Assembly (NCBI GenBank): GCA_013416795.1
Contig: RQSC01000032.1
Coordinates: 452,429 to 516,428, forward strand
Length of the DNA: 64,000 nucleotides
Direction: 5' to 3'
Source: Prasinococcaceae sp. CCMP 1430
Lineage: Eukaryota > Plantae > Prasinodermophyta
Of this stretch, positions 32,201 to 45,624 are shown piece by piece. The notes beneath the pieces were generated by a model. That model saw nothing but the letters and a program-made list of their open reading frames with translations, was not told where the DNA came from and ran no database searches. The number at the start of each line of letters is the position of its first letter. Position 1 is the first letter of the stretch. The position numbers and the translations under genes were made by a program.

Positions 32201-35200
32201 GCTCTGCGGACATTCGCGACTGCCTTTCCTCCGCCTCGGCGCGTATCCTTTCACCTCGCTCCTCCGCTGCTGCGAGCTTCGAGGTGAGGTCACTGTTCGT
32301 CTCGGCCGCACGTCCGGCCACCCTCGCAAGCCTTGACTTCATCTCCTCAGCGAGCTCCGCGTTGGCACTGGCCTCGGCCTGCGCCTGCGCCGCCTGGGCC
32401 GTGCGCATGAGCACATCGTTGCGTGCAGACTCGAGCTCAGCGGCCATTCGCGACTGCTCTTCTTCCGCCTCGGCACGTATCCTTTCACCTCGCTCCTCCG
32501 CCGCGGCGAGCTTCGACGTGAGGGCACTGCTCGTCTCGGCCGCGCGCTCTGCCACGCGCGCGAGCCTTGTCTGCATCTCCTCAGCAAGCTCTGCGTTGGC
32601 GTCGGCCTCACCCTTCGCATTTGCCATCTGTGAAGTCCGCGAGCGCACGTCGTTGCGTGCAGACTCGAGCTCAGCGGCCATTCTCGACTGCTCTTCGGCG
32701 GCCTCGGCACGGATCTTGTCGACCTCTTTCTGCGCCGTGGCGAGCTTCGACGTGAGGACACGGCTCGTCTCGGCTGCACGATGGGACACTCGCGTCAGCC
32801 TCGAAATCATAGCTTGAGCGAGCTCCGCGTTGGTGTCGGCGTCGGCCTGTGCCTGTACCGCCTGTACTGTGCGTGCGCGCGCGTCTTGGTGCGAGGACTG
32901 AAGTTCGGCGGCCATTCTCGACTGCGTCTCCTCGGCCTCGGCGCGAATCTTGTCACCTTGCTTCTGCGCGTCTGAAAGCGCAGCCGTCAGATTGCGACTG
33001 GTGTGAGCCGCACGATCGGAAACCCTCGAGAGCCTCGACTGCATCTCTTCAGCAAGTGTCGCGTTCGAGGCGGCCTCAGCCTTCGCCTGCACCGCTTCTG
33101 CCGTGCGCGCGCGCACATCGTTGCGCGCCGACTCCAGTTCGGCGGTCAAATGCGCCTGCGCCACCTCTGCATCCGCGCGAATCCGATCGCCCTCCTGCCT
33201 GGCGTCCGCCAGCTTGGAGGTGAGGTCACTGCTTGTCGCAGCCGCACGTGCACCCACGCGCGACAGCCTCCCTTTCATCTCCTCGGCAAGCTCCAGCATG
33301 GAGTCGGCCTCGCGCTGCGCCTGAAGTGCCTCCGCAGTGCGCGAACGCACGTCGTTGCGCGCAGACTCGAGCTCCGCAGCCATGCTCGACTGCGCGTTTT
33401 CGGAGTCGGCACGGATCTTGTCACGCTCCTCCTTTGCATCTGCTAGCTTGACGTTTGCCTCGGCAGCACGTGTTGCCATCCGCCCGAGCCTTGTCCGCAT
33501 CTCCTCGGCGAGTTTCTGACTCCTGTCGGCCTCAGCCTGCGCACGCACTGCCTGCGCCGTGCGCTTACGCATCTCGTTGCGCGCAGACTCGAGCTCGGCT
33601 TCCATGCGCGATTGCGCCTGCTCCGCCTCGGCGCGAATCTGGTCGCCCTCAGTCCTCGCGTCCGAGAGTGCCACCATGAGGTCGTGGTTGGCCTCGGCAG
33701 CACGTGCTGCCACCCGCGTGAGCCTCGACTGCATCTCGTCCGCCAGCTTGTGGCTCTTGTCAGCCTCGGCCTGCGCCTGCGCTGCCTGTGCCGTCCGCGC
33801 GCGCACGTTTCTGCGTGCGGTCTCCAGCTCGGCCGTCAAACGCGCCTGCGCCACCTCTGCATTCGTGCGAATCCGATCGCCCTCCTGCCTGGCGTCCGCC
33901 AGCTTGGAGGTGAGGTCACTGCTTGTCGCAGCCGCACGTGCCCCCATGCGCGACAGCCTCGACTGCATCTCCTCGACAAGCGCCGAGTTGGAGTCGGCTT
34001 CGGCCTGCGCATGTGCTGCCTGTACTGCACGCGCGCGCACGTCATTGCGAGCCGACTCGAGCTCAGTGGACATTCTCGACCGCACTTCCTCCGCCTCTGC
34101 CCGAATCCTGTCGCCCTCTTCCCTTGCGTCCGCAAGCTTCGACGTGAGGTCGCTCGTCGTCTCGGCTGCACGCGCGCCGAAGCGCGTGAGCCTCGACTGC
34201 ATCTCCTCGGCAAGCTCCAAGTTGGCGATGGCCTCGCGCTCGGCCTGCAAGGCCTGCGCCGCGCGCGCGCGCACGTCCATGCTTGCGGACTCAAGCTCTG
34301 CGGACATTTTTGACTGCACCTCGTCCGCTTCTGCCCGAATCCTGTCCCCCTCCTGCCTTGCGTCCGCAAGCTTCGACGTGAGGTCGCTTGTCGTCTCGGC
34401 TGCACGCGCCCCAACTCGCGTGAGCCTCGACTGCATCTCCTCGGCAAGCTCTGCATTGGCGCTAGCCTCGGCCTCCGCCTGCACCGCCCGGGTCGTGCGT
34501 GCGCGCACGTCGTTTTGTGCGGACTCGAGCTCTGCGGCCAACCTCAACTGTGCGTCCTTTGAGTCAGCACGCATCTTGTCTCGCTCCTCGATTCCTCTTG
34601 CCAGCTGCGTGGTCAAGTCAGTATTTGTCTTGGCCGCACGTGCTGCAACACGCGCGAGCCTCGACCGCATCTCCTTCGCGACTTTGTGACTCTTGTCCGC
34701 CTCAGCCTGTGCTCGCACTGCCTGCGCCGAAGACATGCGCACGTCGTTGCGCGCAGACTCGAGCTCGGCTTCCATGCGTGATTGCGCCTGCTCCGCCTCG
34801 GCGCGAATCTGGTCGCCCTCAGTCCTCGCGTCCGAGAGTGCCACCATGAGGTCGTGGTTGGCCTCGGCAGCACGTGCTGCCACCCGCGTGAGCCTCGACT
34901 GCATCTCCTCGGCGAGCTCGTGGCTCTTATCGGCCTCGGCCTGCGCCTGCTCTGCCTCTGCCGTACGCGCACGCGCGTTGTTGCGCGCGGCCTCCAGCTC
35001 GGCCGTCAAACGCGCCTCCACCTCCTCTGCATCCACACGAATCCTGGCGCCCTCCTCCCTCGCTCTCGCCAGCTGGGAGGTGAGGTCCCTACGTGTCTCC
35101 GCGGCACGCGCCTCCACCCGCGCCAGCTTTGACCTCGTCTCCTCAGCGTTGCGATCGGCCTCGGCTACCGCCTGCGACGCCTGCGCCGTTCGCGTGCGCA

Positions 35201-36715
35201 GGTCGTCGCGCGCGGACTCGAGCTCGGCAGCTATCTTTGCCCGCGCCTCGTCCGCCTCAGAGCGAATCATGTCGCCCTTCTCCGCGGGCGTCAACCAGGA
35301 CTCGAGGTCGCCCGTCGTCTCGGCCACACCAAGCTCGGCCTTCGTTTGCGACTTCTTGAGCGACAGATTGATCACGTGCCGGCGCGAGGACTCGCTCTCG
35401 CCGGGGCGTGGAGGCACGTCGGGCAAGGTTGGCTTCCTGATGCCGCCAATCTCTTTGATGGGCGCGGTGGCCAGCACGCTCCCTTCGGCCGCCTTGGCCT
35501 TGGCGCCGGCGATGGCCTTCTTCATCTGCTCGCGCGTAAAATTGGACGCTACCTCGATGGGGTTGCCACCGATGAAAAGCCGCGCGATGATGGAGCCCTC
35601 TTCGAAGTTGACGTCAATGTCGGAGTCTTCCACGCCCATGATGTCGGCATACGCGGTCTTGAGCTGCGCGCGCAGCTCGGCCTCAGCCTTGGGGTCGTTG
35701 GCGATGGCATCGAAGTCAGCGTCGAGCGACACGAACGTCGTGAGCTGCTGCCCCGTTCGGCTGTCCCTGGCCTCGGCCGCGGGCGCCGGTGGCGACGAGA
35801 AGGGAGCGCCTCGCGGCGGCTGCATCGCAGGGCCCACCCGTGGCCCACCGCCGCGTGGCCCGCCGCCGCCCGGAGCGGACTGCCGGGCGTCGGCAACCCG
35901 CTGCACTCGAGTGTGGTAGGAACGCTCGCTGCTGCTCACGAAGGACGAGCTCTCGTACCAGTCGCGCTGCGGCCGCGTCCACTTGCCGCGTTCGGGGGAG
36001 GGTGGCCGTTGGCGGAGGCTCTTTTGCAGCTCCTCGCGGTTCGCGCGAGCCTCGCGCCGGAGCCTCTCCGCGCCCGCCTCCCAGCGGTTCGCGGGAGCAT
36101 CCGCGCCCCCCTCACGGCTGTCGCCTCCCGCCAGCGGCTCGCGGCTCGCCGCGCCGCCAGCGGCGGAGGTGCTGGCGGCGCCTGCGCCCCCCGCCTGCGA
36201 GGAAAAGCGAAGGGAGGACACCCCCGCGGCGACCAGCGAGCCCACGACGAGCGCCGCGCCCGCGGGCCCCGCGCCGACTCCAGGGACGGTGGAAACCACC
36301 TCGGACAGGCGCCCCAGCGCTGCGGCAGCCGGAGCCAGCGTCGCGGCAGCCGGCGCTGCGGGCTCCGCAGGCGTGGCAGTTCGCGCTGCTGCTACGGGCA
36401 GAGCGCCAGGGGCTGCGGGTACCGTGGCCGGCGCGAGCGACGCGGCACCCGGCGCCGCCCGCAGCCGCGAGGCGGCCTCAGAGGCCGCCTGAGCCTGCAA
36501 CCCCTGGTCGCGCTCCTGCGCCTGCTCCGGCTCCGCCTTCTGCCGGCGCTGCCTCGCCCACGCTCCCGGCAGGCCGACGTTCTCGGCGGGGGCGCCAGCT
36601 TCGGGCTCGGCCACCCAGCTCCCGCCGGGACCCCACTCGGTCTGCACCAGCGTGACCGTGGGCAGCTCGACCCCGCGCGCCGCTCGCGCCGCCGCGCGCC
36701 GCCGCCTCGGCGTCG

Positions 36716-36716
<1 letters not shown>
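29253..36716 (-). CDS. giant coiled-coil repeat protein C (~2,490 aa): Ala/Pro-rich N-part, hydrophobic segment, SEA-like module, ~23 x 78-aa repeats
   Basis: Uninterrupted ORF with the same repeat consensus as protein A (AELESARNDVR.RTAQA.QAQAEA..N..LAEEMQSRL.RV.ARAAE). No ATG is seen before the (CA)n tract. Confidence 0.8.
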
Positions 36717-36775
<59 letters not shown>

Positions 36776-36809
36776 GCACGCACACACACACGTGCTACAC
36801 ACACGTGCT

Positions 36810-36840
<31 letters not shown>

Positions 36841-36911
36841 CACACACACGTGCTACACACACGTGCTACACACACACACACACACACGCACGCACACACA
36901 CTTAACACACA
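36717..36911 (+). repeat. compound (CA)n microsatellite with cacgtgcta interruptions
   Basis: Seen directly. Confidence 0.97.
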
Positions 36912-38055
36912 CATCGTATTATCAGCACAAACGAATCAGAACGTCTCTCAGACCCGCCATTCGATGTGATGATTCATATTCATTCGCACCCCAATCGTTC
37001 CGTTGAAAAAAAACGTTGCGACCATTTGAAGCAGCGGCGGCTGCGCGCGCGCGCGCGCGCGCGCGCGGCCGCGCGCTTTTTTTGCGGCCCCATTTTTTCG
37101 CATGCGCTGCGCGCAGCGCCCGCGCGACGCGCCCGCAAACGCCCGTTCGAAGCGGCTGAAATCCGTCGAAAAACGCGTCCGTTCGTGCCAAAAACGCACG
37201 CGCTGCCGTACGTTTGGCGTCGGATCGAGATCTGCCACCAGGCGCGTCGGGCGCGCACCGCGCATCACCGGTGATGAAATGTTTGCTCCTGTGATGCGCC
37301 GGGAGGACGCCCCGACCGAAGCAGGCGGAGGGCAAAAAAAAAAAAAAAAGCCTGCACCTGCGCTCCCAGCCAGCCGCAGAGATAGCGGCAACAACGCGCG
37401 TTTGACCGCCGGCGGCTCGGCTCCCGCGCGCTCGAATTCGGTTCCGCTCGTTCGACGGCCGCGTCGGACGGCACGCGCGCGGGCGGCGCGAAACCGCGGG
37501 GGGCGACGCGAAATCGGGCGCCGCGAAGTAAAGGTTCGGGTCGACTCTTTTAAGGTATCTACATCGAGGGTTTATATCACACGCGCTCATGCGCTCATCG
37601 ATCTCGTGCTCGCCTCTCGGCCTTCGGCCGGTTTTTGATTTTGATTTTATTTGCATTTATTATTGGGTTCCATTCGGCACGCCTTTTTTTTTTTTTCCTC
37701 GGCTCCCTCCATCGGGGGGCGGGGCGGAGGCGCCGCAGCGCGCTTCCGCTTCCGCCGTGCGTGGACCCCAAGAAAGACCAGCTTTTCGGCGCGCGCGCGC
37801 GCGCGCTCGCGGTGCGCTGCCCGGGCGTTTCCCCCGGGTCCGTTCCGGCCTCGGGAACATCCGAATCCAACGCATCCGCGCGCGCTCGCGCTGTTGCCGC
37901 GATGACAATCAATGGAGTTTGATCATCGGTGTCACATCGTCACTGCAATTTGCACACGTGGAAGTGCCAACGTTCGACGTACGCTGCAGGTGTGCAGCGA
38001 GAGAGGCGCCACAGCGCGCGCGCTGCGGGCGCGCCCGCGCCTCGCGCCGCGGCGT

Positions 38056-39501
38056 ATGGCCGCGTCCGCCGACGGAGCGCGCGCGGGCGCGGGCGCGGGC
38101 GGCGCGGGCGGCGGCAGCAAGAAGGAGCGCAAGCCGAAGAAGCCGGGCGTGATGCAGCAGCTGGAGGACCTCATCATCCGCCCGCCGCGCGCGCAGTACA
38201 GCCGCGAACTCGACCTCCTGGGGGGGGCGCCGACGGCCGGCGCGCCGGGCGCGCTGTTCGTGCTCCAAGGCCGCGCCTTCTGCCGCGTGGACCGCACGCT
38301 GCGCAACGCGCGCGGCGAGGCGCTGCAGCTGTCGTACTACCACCCGGCGTGGTGGAACGGCGAGCGGCGGCTACCGGCGGTCATCTACGCGCACGGAAAC
38401 AGCGGCTGCCGGTGCGACGCGAACGACGTGGCCGCCCTCCTGCTGCCGCAAAACATCTGCGTGGTCGCGCTGGACTTTGCCGGGTCGGGCAAGTCCGAGG
38501 GCGAGTACGTGACGCTAGGGGCGCGGGAGATGGAGGACCTCGGCGCGGCGAAGGAGTGGCTCATGCGACGAGGGCAGACTAGCCGCGTTGGTCTGTGGGG
38601 CCGGTCGATGGGCGCCGTGGCGTCGCTGCTGTGCGCGCGCCAAGACCCCTCGGTGGCGGGGCTGGTGCTCGACTCGATATTTTCGCGGCTGAATGACGTG
38701 GCGATGGAGCTGGTCAGGGTGTCCGCGCCGAAACTCCCGGGCGCCATCGCGCGCTCCGCGCTCTACTTCATGCGGCGAGGCATCCGGCGGCGAGCGGGCT
38801 TTGACATCTCCGAGCTGGACGCGCTGAGCGCTGCCGAGGGCTCGTGGACGCCCGCGCTCTTCATGCACGGCGAGGCCGACACCATGATCGGCGCGCACCA
38901 CTCGCGCAAGGTACATGCGGCCTACTCGGGCGACAAAAATCTTGTGACGTTCGAGGGCGACCACAACGATGCGCGGCCGCAGTTCGCGAAGGACAGCGCG
39001 TCGATTTTCTGGTACAACACGCTGCAGCCGCCTTCGAAGCTTGAGAACGAGGTGCCAGGGTGTGCGCCGCACGCGAAGGACCTGCTCTTTTTCTCCGAGA
39101 TGACGCGCATGGGGAACGAAGACGCGGGGGGCGGCGAGCTGGGCTCGCGCGGGAGCTCAGACGCCGACGACGGGACGCGAGCGGCCTCCGGCATGCCAGG
39201 GATGTTCGGCGTGGAAAGTCTGACTCGCGAGATGCAGCGACACGCGGAGACGGCCGACAGCACGCGGGCCGCCAGCGGTGGCGCGCGGCCCAGGCTCGGC
39301 GTGCAGGGCAGCGAAAGAGGTGGTGGCGGGGGAAGGACAAACGGCGCCGCCCTGTGTCGCTCGACGAGGAACGTGGCGTCGGACTCCGATGACGACTTCG
39401 GCGCCATGGACGACACCGACGAGCAGCTGCTTGCGGCGGCCATAGCGATGAGCCTCAGCGACGCCGTCGAATCGTCCGCAGACGGCCAGGGCGGCGCGTA
39501 A
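38056..39501 (+). CDS. alpha/beta-hydrolase (YqkD-like serine hydrolase) with C-terminal UIM-like motif
   Basis: YAHGNSGCR, LDFAGSGKSEGEYVTLG, GLWGRSMG (nucleophile elbow), HGEADTMI, FEGDHN; tail DEQLLAAAIAMSL. Confidence 0.9.
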   Translation: MAASADGARAGAGAGGAGGGSKKERKPKKPGVMQQLEDLIIRPPRAQYSRELDLLGGAPTAGAPGALFVLQGRAFCRVDRTLRNARGEALQLSYYHPAWWNGERRLPAVIYAHGNSGCRCDANDVAALLLPQNICVVALDFAGSGKSEGEYVTLGAREMEDLGAAKEWLMRRGQTSRVGLWGRSMGAVASLLCARQDPSVAGLVLDSIFSRLNDVAMELVRVSAPKLPGAIARSALYFMRRGIRRRAGFDISELDALSAAEGSWTPALFMHGEADTMIGAHHSRKVHAAYSGDKNLVTFEGDHNDARPQFAKDSASIFWYNTLQPPSKLENEVPGCAPHAKDLLFFSEMTRMGNEDAGGGELGSRGSSDADDGTRAASGMPGMFGVESLTREMQRHAETADSTRAASGGARPRLGVQGSERGGGGGRTNGAALCRSTRNVASDSDDDFGAMDDTDEQLLAAAIAMSLSDAVESSADGQGGA

Positions 39502-39646
39502 TCATATCATTTGCGCGTCACTGATCGGGCGCAGGGACGCGCGCCTGCGATCGCTGCGCTACGTGCGCTGCGCAGGCCGCAGCCTCGTCACTTCGTCGGC
39601 GGCCGCATCGAGTGGTCGAAGCATGCATGGAGGGCTCGAGAGCGCA

Positions 39647-41100
39647 TTACAAATCGCAGTGCCGCTGCTCGCCGCCGCCGCCGTCGCTCGAGCACGCGCC
39701 GCTCGCGTCGGCGTCACCGGCGGCGGGCTCGACCGCCAGGATGGCGCCGTCCAGGAAGCTGGTGTCGTGCGAGCCGCCCGTGTGCGCGTGCGCGTACTCC
39801 GCCAGCGCGTCCAGGTAGCCCTTTGGCAGCGCCGCGTCCGGGTCGAGCTCGTCTTGCGCGGCCACCGTCTCGTCCGACGCCTCGTCGTCGGGGGTGGCGT
39901 AGCCGAGCTCGCGACGCGCCTGAATTTCGATGTTCAGCTTCACGTTGTCCAGCAGGTTCCACATTTGCGGGCTGCCGCCGAGGCCCGTGTTGCGCAGGCT
40001 GGGCGTCTCAGCGATGCGCACGAGCTCCTCAAGCGCTTCTCCCCATAGCTTTTGGCGTGCGAGCGAGTGTGCTGCCTCGAGTGCCTGGGCTGCCGCCTGC
40101 TCATTCTGCGCCGACATTGACGCCCCACGGCCGGGTCCATTCACGCCGGGCACCGCCGCGGCCGCCCGTGCCGCCTGCTCCTCCGCCTCGCGCTCCGCCT
40201 CGCGCCGCGCCAGCAGCGCGTCCGACGCACGCGCCTCGGCGAGATGCGCCGCGGGCGCGCGTACGAAGTCCATGAGCGCGCGCGGCTTGCGCTCGCCCTT
40301 GAACACTAGCGGGCGCGACCGGTACCCCGCCGGCCACAGCAACACAGACGGGAAGCCGCTCACGTTGTAGCGCAGCGCGAGCGACCTGTGCTCGCCCGCG
40401 TCGAGGTTGGCGACAAGCACTCTCTCGTCGTCGGCGAACTCGGCCCCCACTTCGTACAGGTAGGGCTTGAACGCCTTGCAGTGCCCGCACCACGCCGCGG
40501 TGAAGGCCACCAGCGCCGACGTGCCCTCGTCTGCGAGCACGCGCGTCTCGAACGTCTCCGGGGTGAGCTCCTCAACCACGGGCCGCGTGGGCGCAGCGAC
40601 GCCCGCAGCGGCGAGCGCACCGACCTCGTTCGCCCACGCGACGCACGGTGCCGCCGAGAGGTAGCCCTCGTAGCGCGGCAGGCCCGTCGCCTGGGTGCGC
40701 GGCACCATCTCGCCCCGCCGCAGCGTGTACCAGCGGCCGTAGCGCAGGTAAGCAACGTGCGGCACGTTGCGCACGCCGAACGTCTTTGAAAGCTCGCCGT
40801 GTGCGTCAACGTCGACGCTGAACACCAGCGGCGACGCACCGCCGGGGATGTGTGCGAGACCCGCCGCCGCGCCGGCGCCGCGACCGCCCGCGGCGTCTGT
40901 GGCATTTGCCTCGGCGGCGTCGGCGGCGGCGCCGAGCCTCTGCGCGACCTTCTCCAGCTCGGGCGCGAACGCCGCGCAGAGCGGGCATGCATCCGAGTGG
41001 AACATGGCGATCGCCGAGTGCGTGCCCAGCGCCGCGAAGAGCTCATCCGCGCCAGCGGCCGTCACCTTGCCCCGGTGCGCGCGCGTGAGCGCAGCCGCGG
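39647..41100 (-). CDS. protein disulfide isomerase-like protein with two thioredoxin domains (CPLC and WCGHC)
   Basis: AMFHSDACPLCAAFAPE; LVAFTAAWCGHCKAFKP..RYNVSGFPS..FKGERKPRALMDFV. The 5' end and signal peptide are not resolved (ORF open to 41221). Confidence 0.8.
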
Positions 41101-41102
41101 CG

Positions 41103-41291
41103 GCCTCTCGCGCCGACTCCGTGGGCCTGCTGGAGGAGGTCGCGCGGCGCGGCAGGGCGCTGCTCGACGCCCGCGCGTTCGTGCACTGGTACGAGCGCCA
41201 CGGCTGCCCCGCCGATGCCATCGCGGACGCGCTCGAGGCGCTCGAGGCCGCCTCCGCCGACGCCCGCTGGTGGCACGGCGTCGGCGCGTGA
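41103..41291 (+). pseudogene. C-terminal fragment of a delta/zeta-type tubulin
   Basis: VGLLEEVARRGRALLDARAFVHWYERHGC..IADALEALE matches the tubulin C-terminal pattern (K)AF.HWY..G and recalled delta-tubulin L..IV.KA..MF.SKAY.HQY..G. The upstream frame is not tubulin. Confidence 0.55.
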
Positions 41292-41897
41292 GCGACACCG
41301 CGCTCGCGGTCGCGCGCACGAACGAACCCTAATTTTTAATACACCCTAATAAAATCCCCAACCTCAACGTCGGTTCCGCGCCCCCTTCGAAAACGCCATC
41401 AAACAGAGGGCGCCGCGCGCCCCACCCGCATTCTGATGGGCGAAGGCAACGCCACGCCGAGCCGCAGCTGCCCGCGCCGTGTGCACGTGCGGGCACACGT
41501 GCGCCGGGCAGCCTTGCAGGCGCGGGGCAACAACAAACCTCAGCAACGACGCTGCGATGAGATCTTTTGCCTTTTCGGGTGGCGTTTTTCGGCGTCGCCT
41601 CGAGCGCTATTGAATCCCTTCATGTCACACGGCGTTTAACTGTGTTGTTGGATTCGTGATTTTGTGGGAAGAATGGTGGGTTCCATTGAATCCATGTATG
41701 CGGATCCGGATCCGTCTTCCGAAAAGATCCCGGCGCAGCGCGGGTCGGTCCCAGCCGGCGCCAGGCGGCGGCCTGCCGATCTGCTCCGGCGCCGGGAAAG
41801 CGCGCTTCCGCGCGCGCGAAACGCGCGGCCCGCCGCGAAATCGCACACGCAGGTTTAGGCGAGGTGCACAGTCCAGCGCCGAATGAATGCCCTTTGA

Positions 41898-43578
<1,681 letters not shown>

Positions 43579-43946
43579 AAGACAGCTACACGAACCATGT
43601 GGATGCACAACAGCACAAGCCAACGTCGTACGACGAGGAGGGTGCCGCATGGCACGCCGTGGACCAAGGGCGTGCGGGAGAGCGCGGGCAGCACCGTCAC
43701 TAAGAACGCATTCTTTCTTGAAACTGATAACCAGGCAGCTTGCTGCAGGGGACCGGGAGCGTGCCATCGCTACAGCGGGAAAGCCCCCCGCCCGGCCCAC
43801 CCTACTGCCGCCTTCGTCTATATGTTGCGGTGCTGATGTCTTGCCATGAGTGCTGGCGTGCGACGCGATGCCGCTCGCGGTGTCCTTGTGCTCGCGCCTT
43901 TGTTCGTTCGCACAACAATTGCTTGCCTGGCTCCGGGAGCGAGTGT

Positions 43947-45053
43947 TCACTGCGGTGGGGGTGATGCGCTCGCGATGGCGCAGACTGATGCGATCGCCCC
44001 CGCAGCAAGCGCGACCTGCGACTCTCTCTCCGGGCCAGTCACGACGCCGTCCGAGCGGCCCCATCGCTGCGCGGCTGCATCGCCGAAGGCCTGACGGATT
44101 CCCTCTTGACGGCCGCCGCGGTCGTAATGCGCGAAGCCTTGGTGGGTCCCGGATGCGATCACAATGTAGCCGGTACCGTCGGGCATGTGTCTGAGGCCCG
44201 CCTCCACCTCCTCCGGACGCACGATGCTGTCGCGCCCTCCGGCGATCGCCACGGCCGGCAACTCGGCAGCCGAAAGATCAAGGCCCGTTTCCATGTCCGC
44301 GCCCGAGACGCGCCCTCCAAGAACGGCAATGCCCGCCAGCTTTTTGTATGGGAAGGCAGGCACATTGGAGGGCAGATCGAGTTCGAGCGCCGCAGCGGCA
44401 CTCGCGGCTGCGTGCCCGCCCATCGAGTGGCCTGCGAGCACCCAGCGCTCGACCTGGCTCAGGCGCGAGGCAACTCCAGCCGCGCGGCCTCCCTTGGGGT
44501 CGCGGGGCAGATCGCCCGCGAAGCAGAGGATCGCAACAGGGAAGCCGCACTGCGCAATCTTGGCGGCGAGCACTGAGTAGGAGCGCGGATCCACCAGCCC
44601 CGCACCATAGAGCATCACGCCCACCGGGTAGGTCTTCGCTGTGCTGCCGGGAGGCTCGATGAAAATTTCAGCGGGCTTGTTCGCGGCGGACGCAGCTGAG
44701 GTCTCAGCCGGCGCGTGTGGCTCGGCAGACATGGCAGCTTCGGCGAACGCGGCAGCCTCGCGCATTTCCTGGAGCTGTGCGTGAGTGATCGAGCCGCAGC
44801 TCGCGGAGGAGAGCGCAACGAGCGCGTCGTACAACGGCGGGCTGGTGTACAGTGGCTGCGTTGGGTTGACCGATTTAGTGTGTCAGGATGGCACGCTCGG
44901 TACGCAGGACAATGAGCGACCAGCACAGGGGGGCGCGCGCGCGGTGTGAAGCCGTACCTCAGACGCGACCGCTGCCGGCTGACTGGCGTCCTCAGTGCCC
45001 GAGCGCACTCCTATCGGGGCGGGGCGATAACCCCCCGGCGGATCTGACGCCAT
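43947..45053 (-). CDS. alpha/beta hydrolase family 5-like esterase
   Basis: MLYGAGLVDPRSY, WVLAGHSMGG, GGRDSIV, IASGTHQGFAHY. Exon 1 is 45053-44958 (32 codons) with a phase-0 intron at 44856-44957. Confidence 0.85.
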
Positions 45054-45624
45054 CGCGGCCCGCCGCGCTGTCAACCTGAACGTGACAGCGCCCCGCCGCC
45101 CCGCACCACGTGCGGCGGCGGGGGGGCGCCCCTGGCACAGGCGCACGAGCGCAATGGTGGCCGCCGAAGGACGCTCCGGGAGCGTGTGCAAAAATGCCGA
45201 CAGCGCCCCGCGCGCCGCGCGCGCGCCCGTTCGCAAGCGCGGCCGCCGCGCGAGTCGACGGCGCACTCGACGCCCCCTGGCTAGTGCCCGTGACCCACTG
45301 CGCGCAGGAGGCCCGGCACCGCGCGGCCGCAGCCCCTCCTCGCCCGCGCTGCCCGCCTGCCCGCGCGCTACCGGCGCGCTGTGTGGCGCGCTGCTAAGAA
45401 GCAGCGCAGCGTACTGCCAATGACTGCATGCATGTCGACAACTCTCCACGTCATCATCAGTCATCACGCGTGGCATCGAACCCACGGGAGATGACTTTTT
45501 TTGACGTATCAAAACGCTTTGAAAAAGCCGGTATGCCCCGAGGGAAGATCAAAATGCACGCGACGGGTGAGGATGGGCGAGCGACGGGGCCCCGGGTGGC
45601 GGCTGCTCGCGCGCGGCCGCGTGT

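Noticed and set aside
14723-36716. CRISPR array or transposon interpretation of the repeats
   Set aside because: The repeats are in-frame coding units with no unique spacers; no transposase, RT, TIR or LTR was recognised.
36717-36791. N-terminal MCVCVRACVCVC of the 2512-aa ORF as a Cys-rich domain
   Set aside because: Translation of the (TG)n microsatellite from a non-ATG start.
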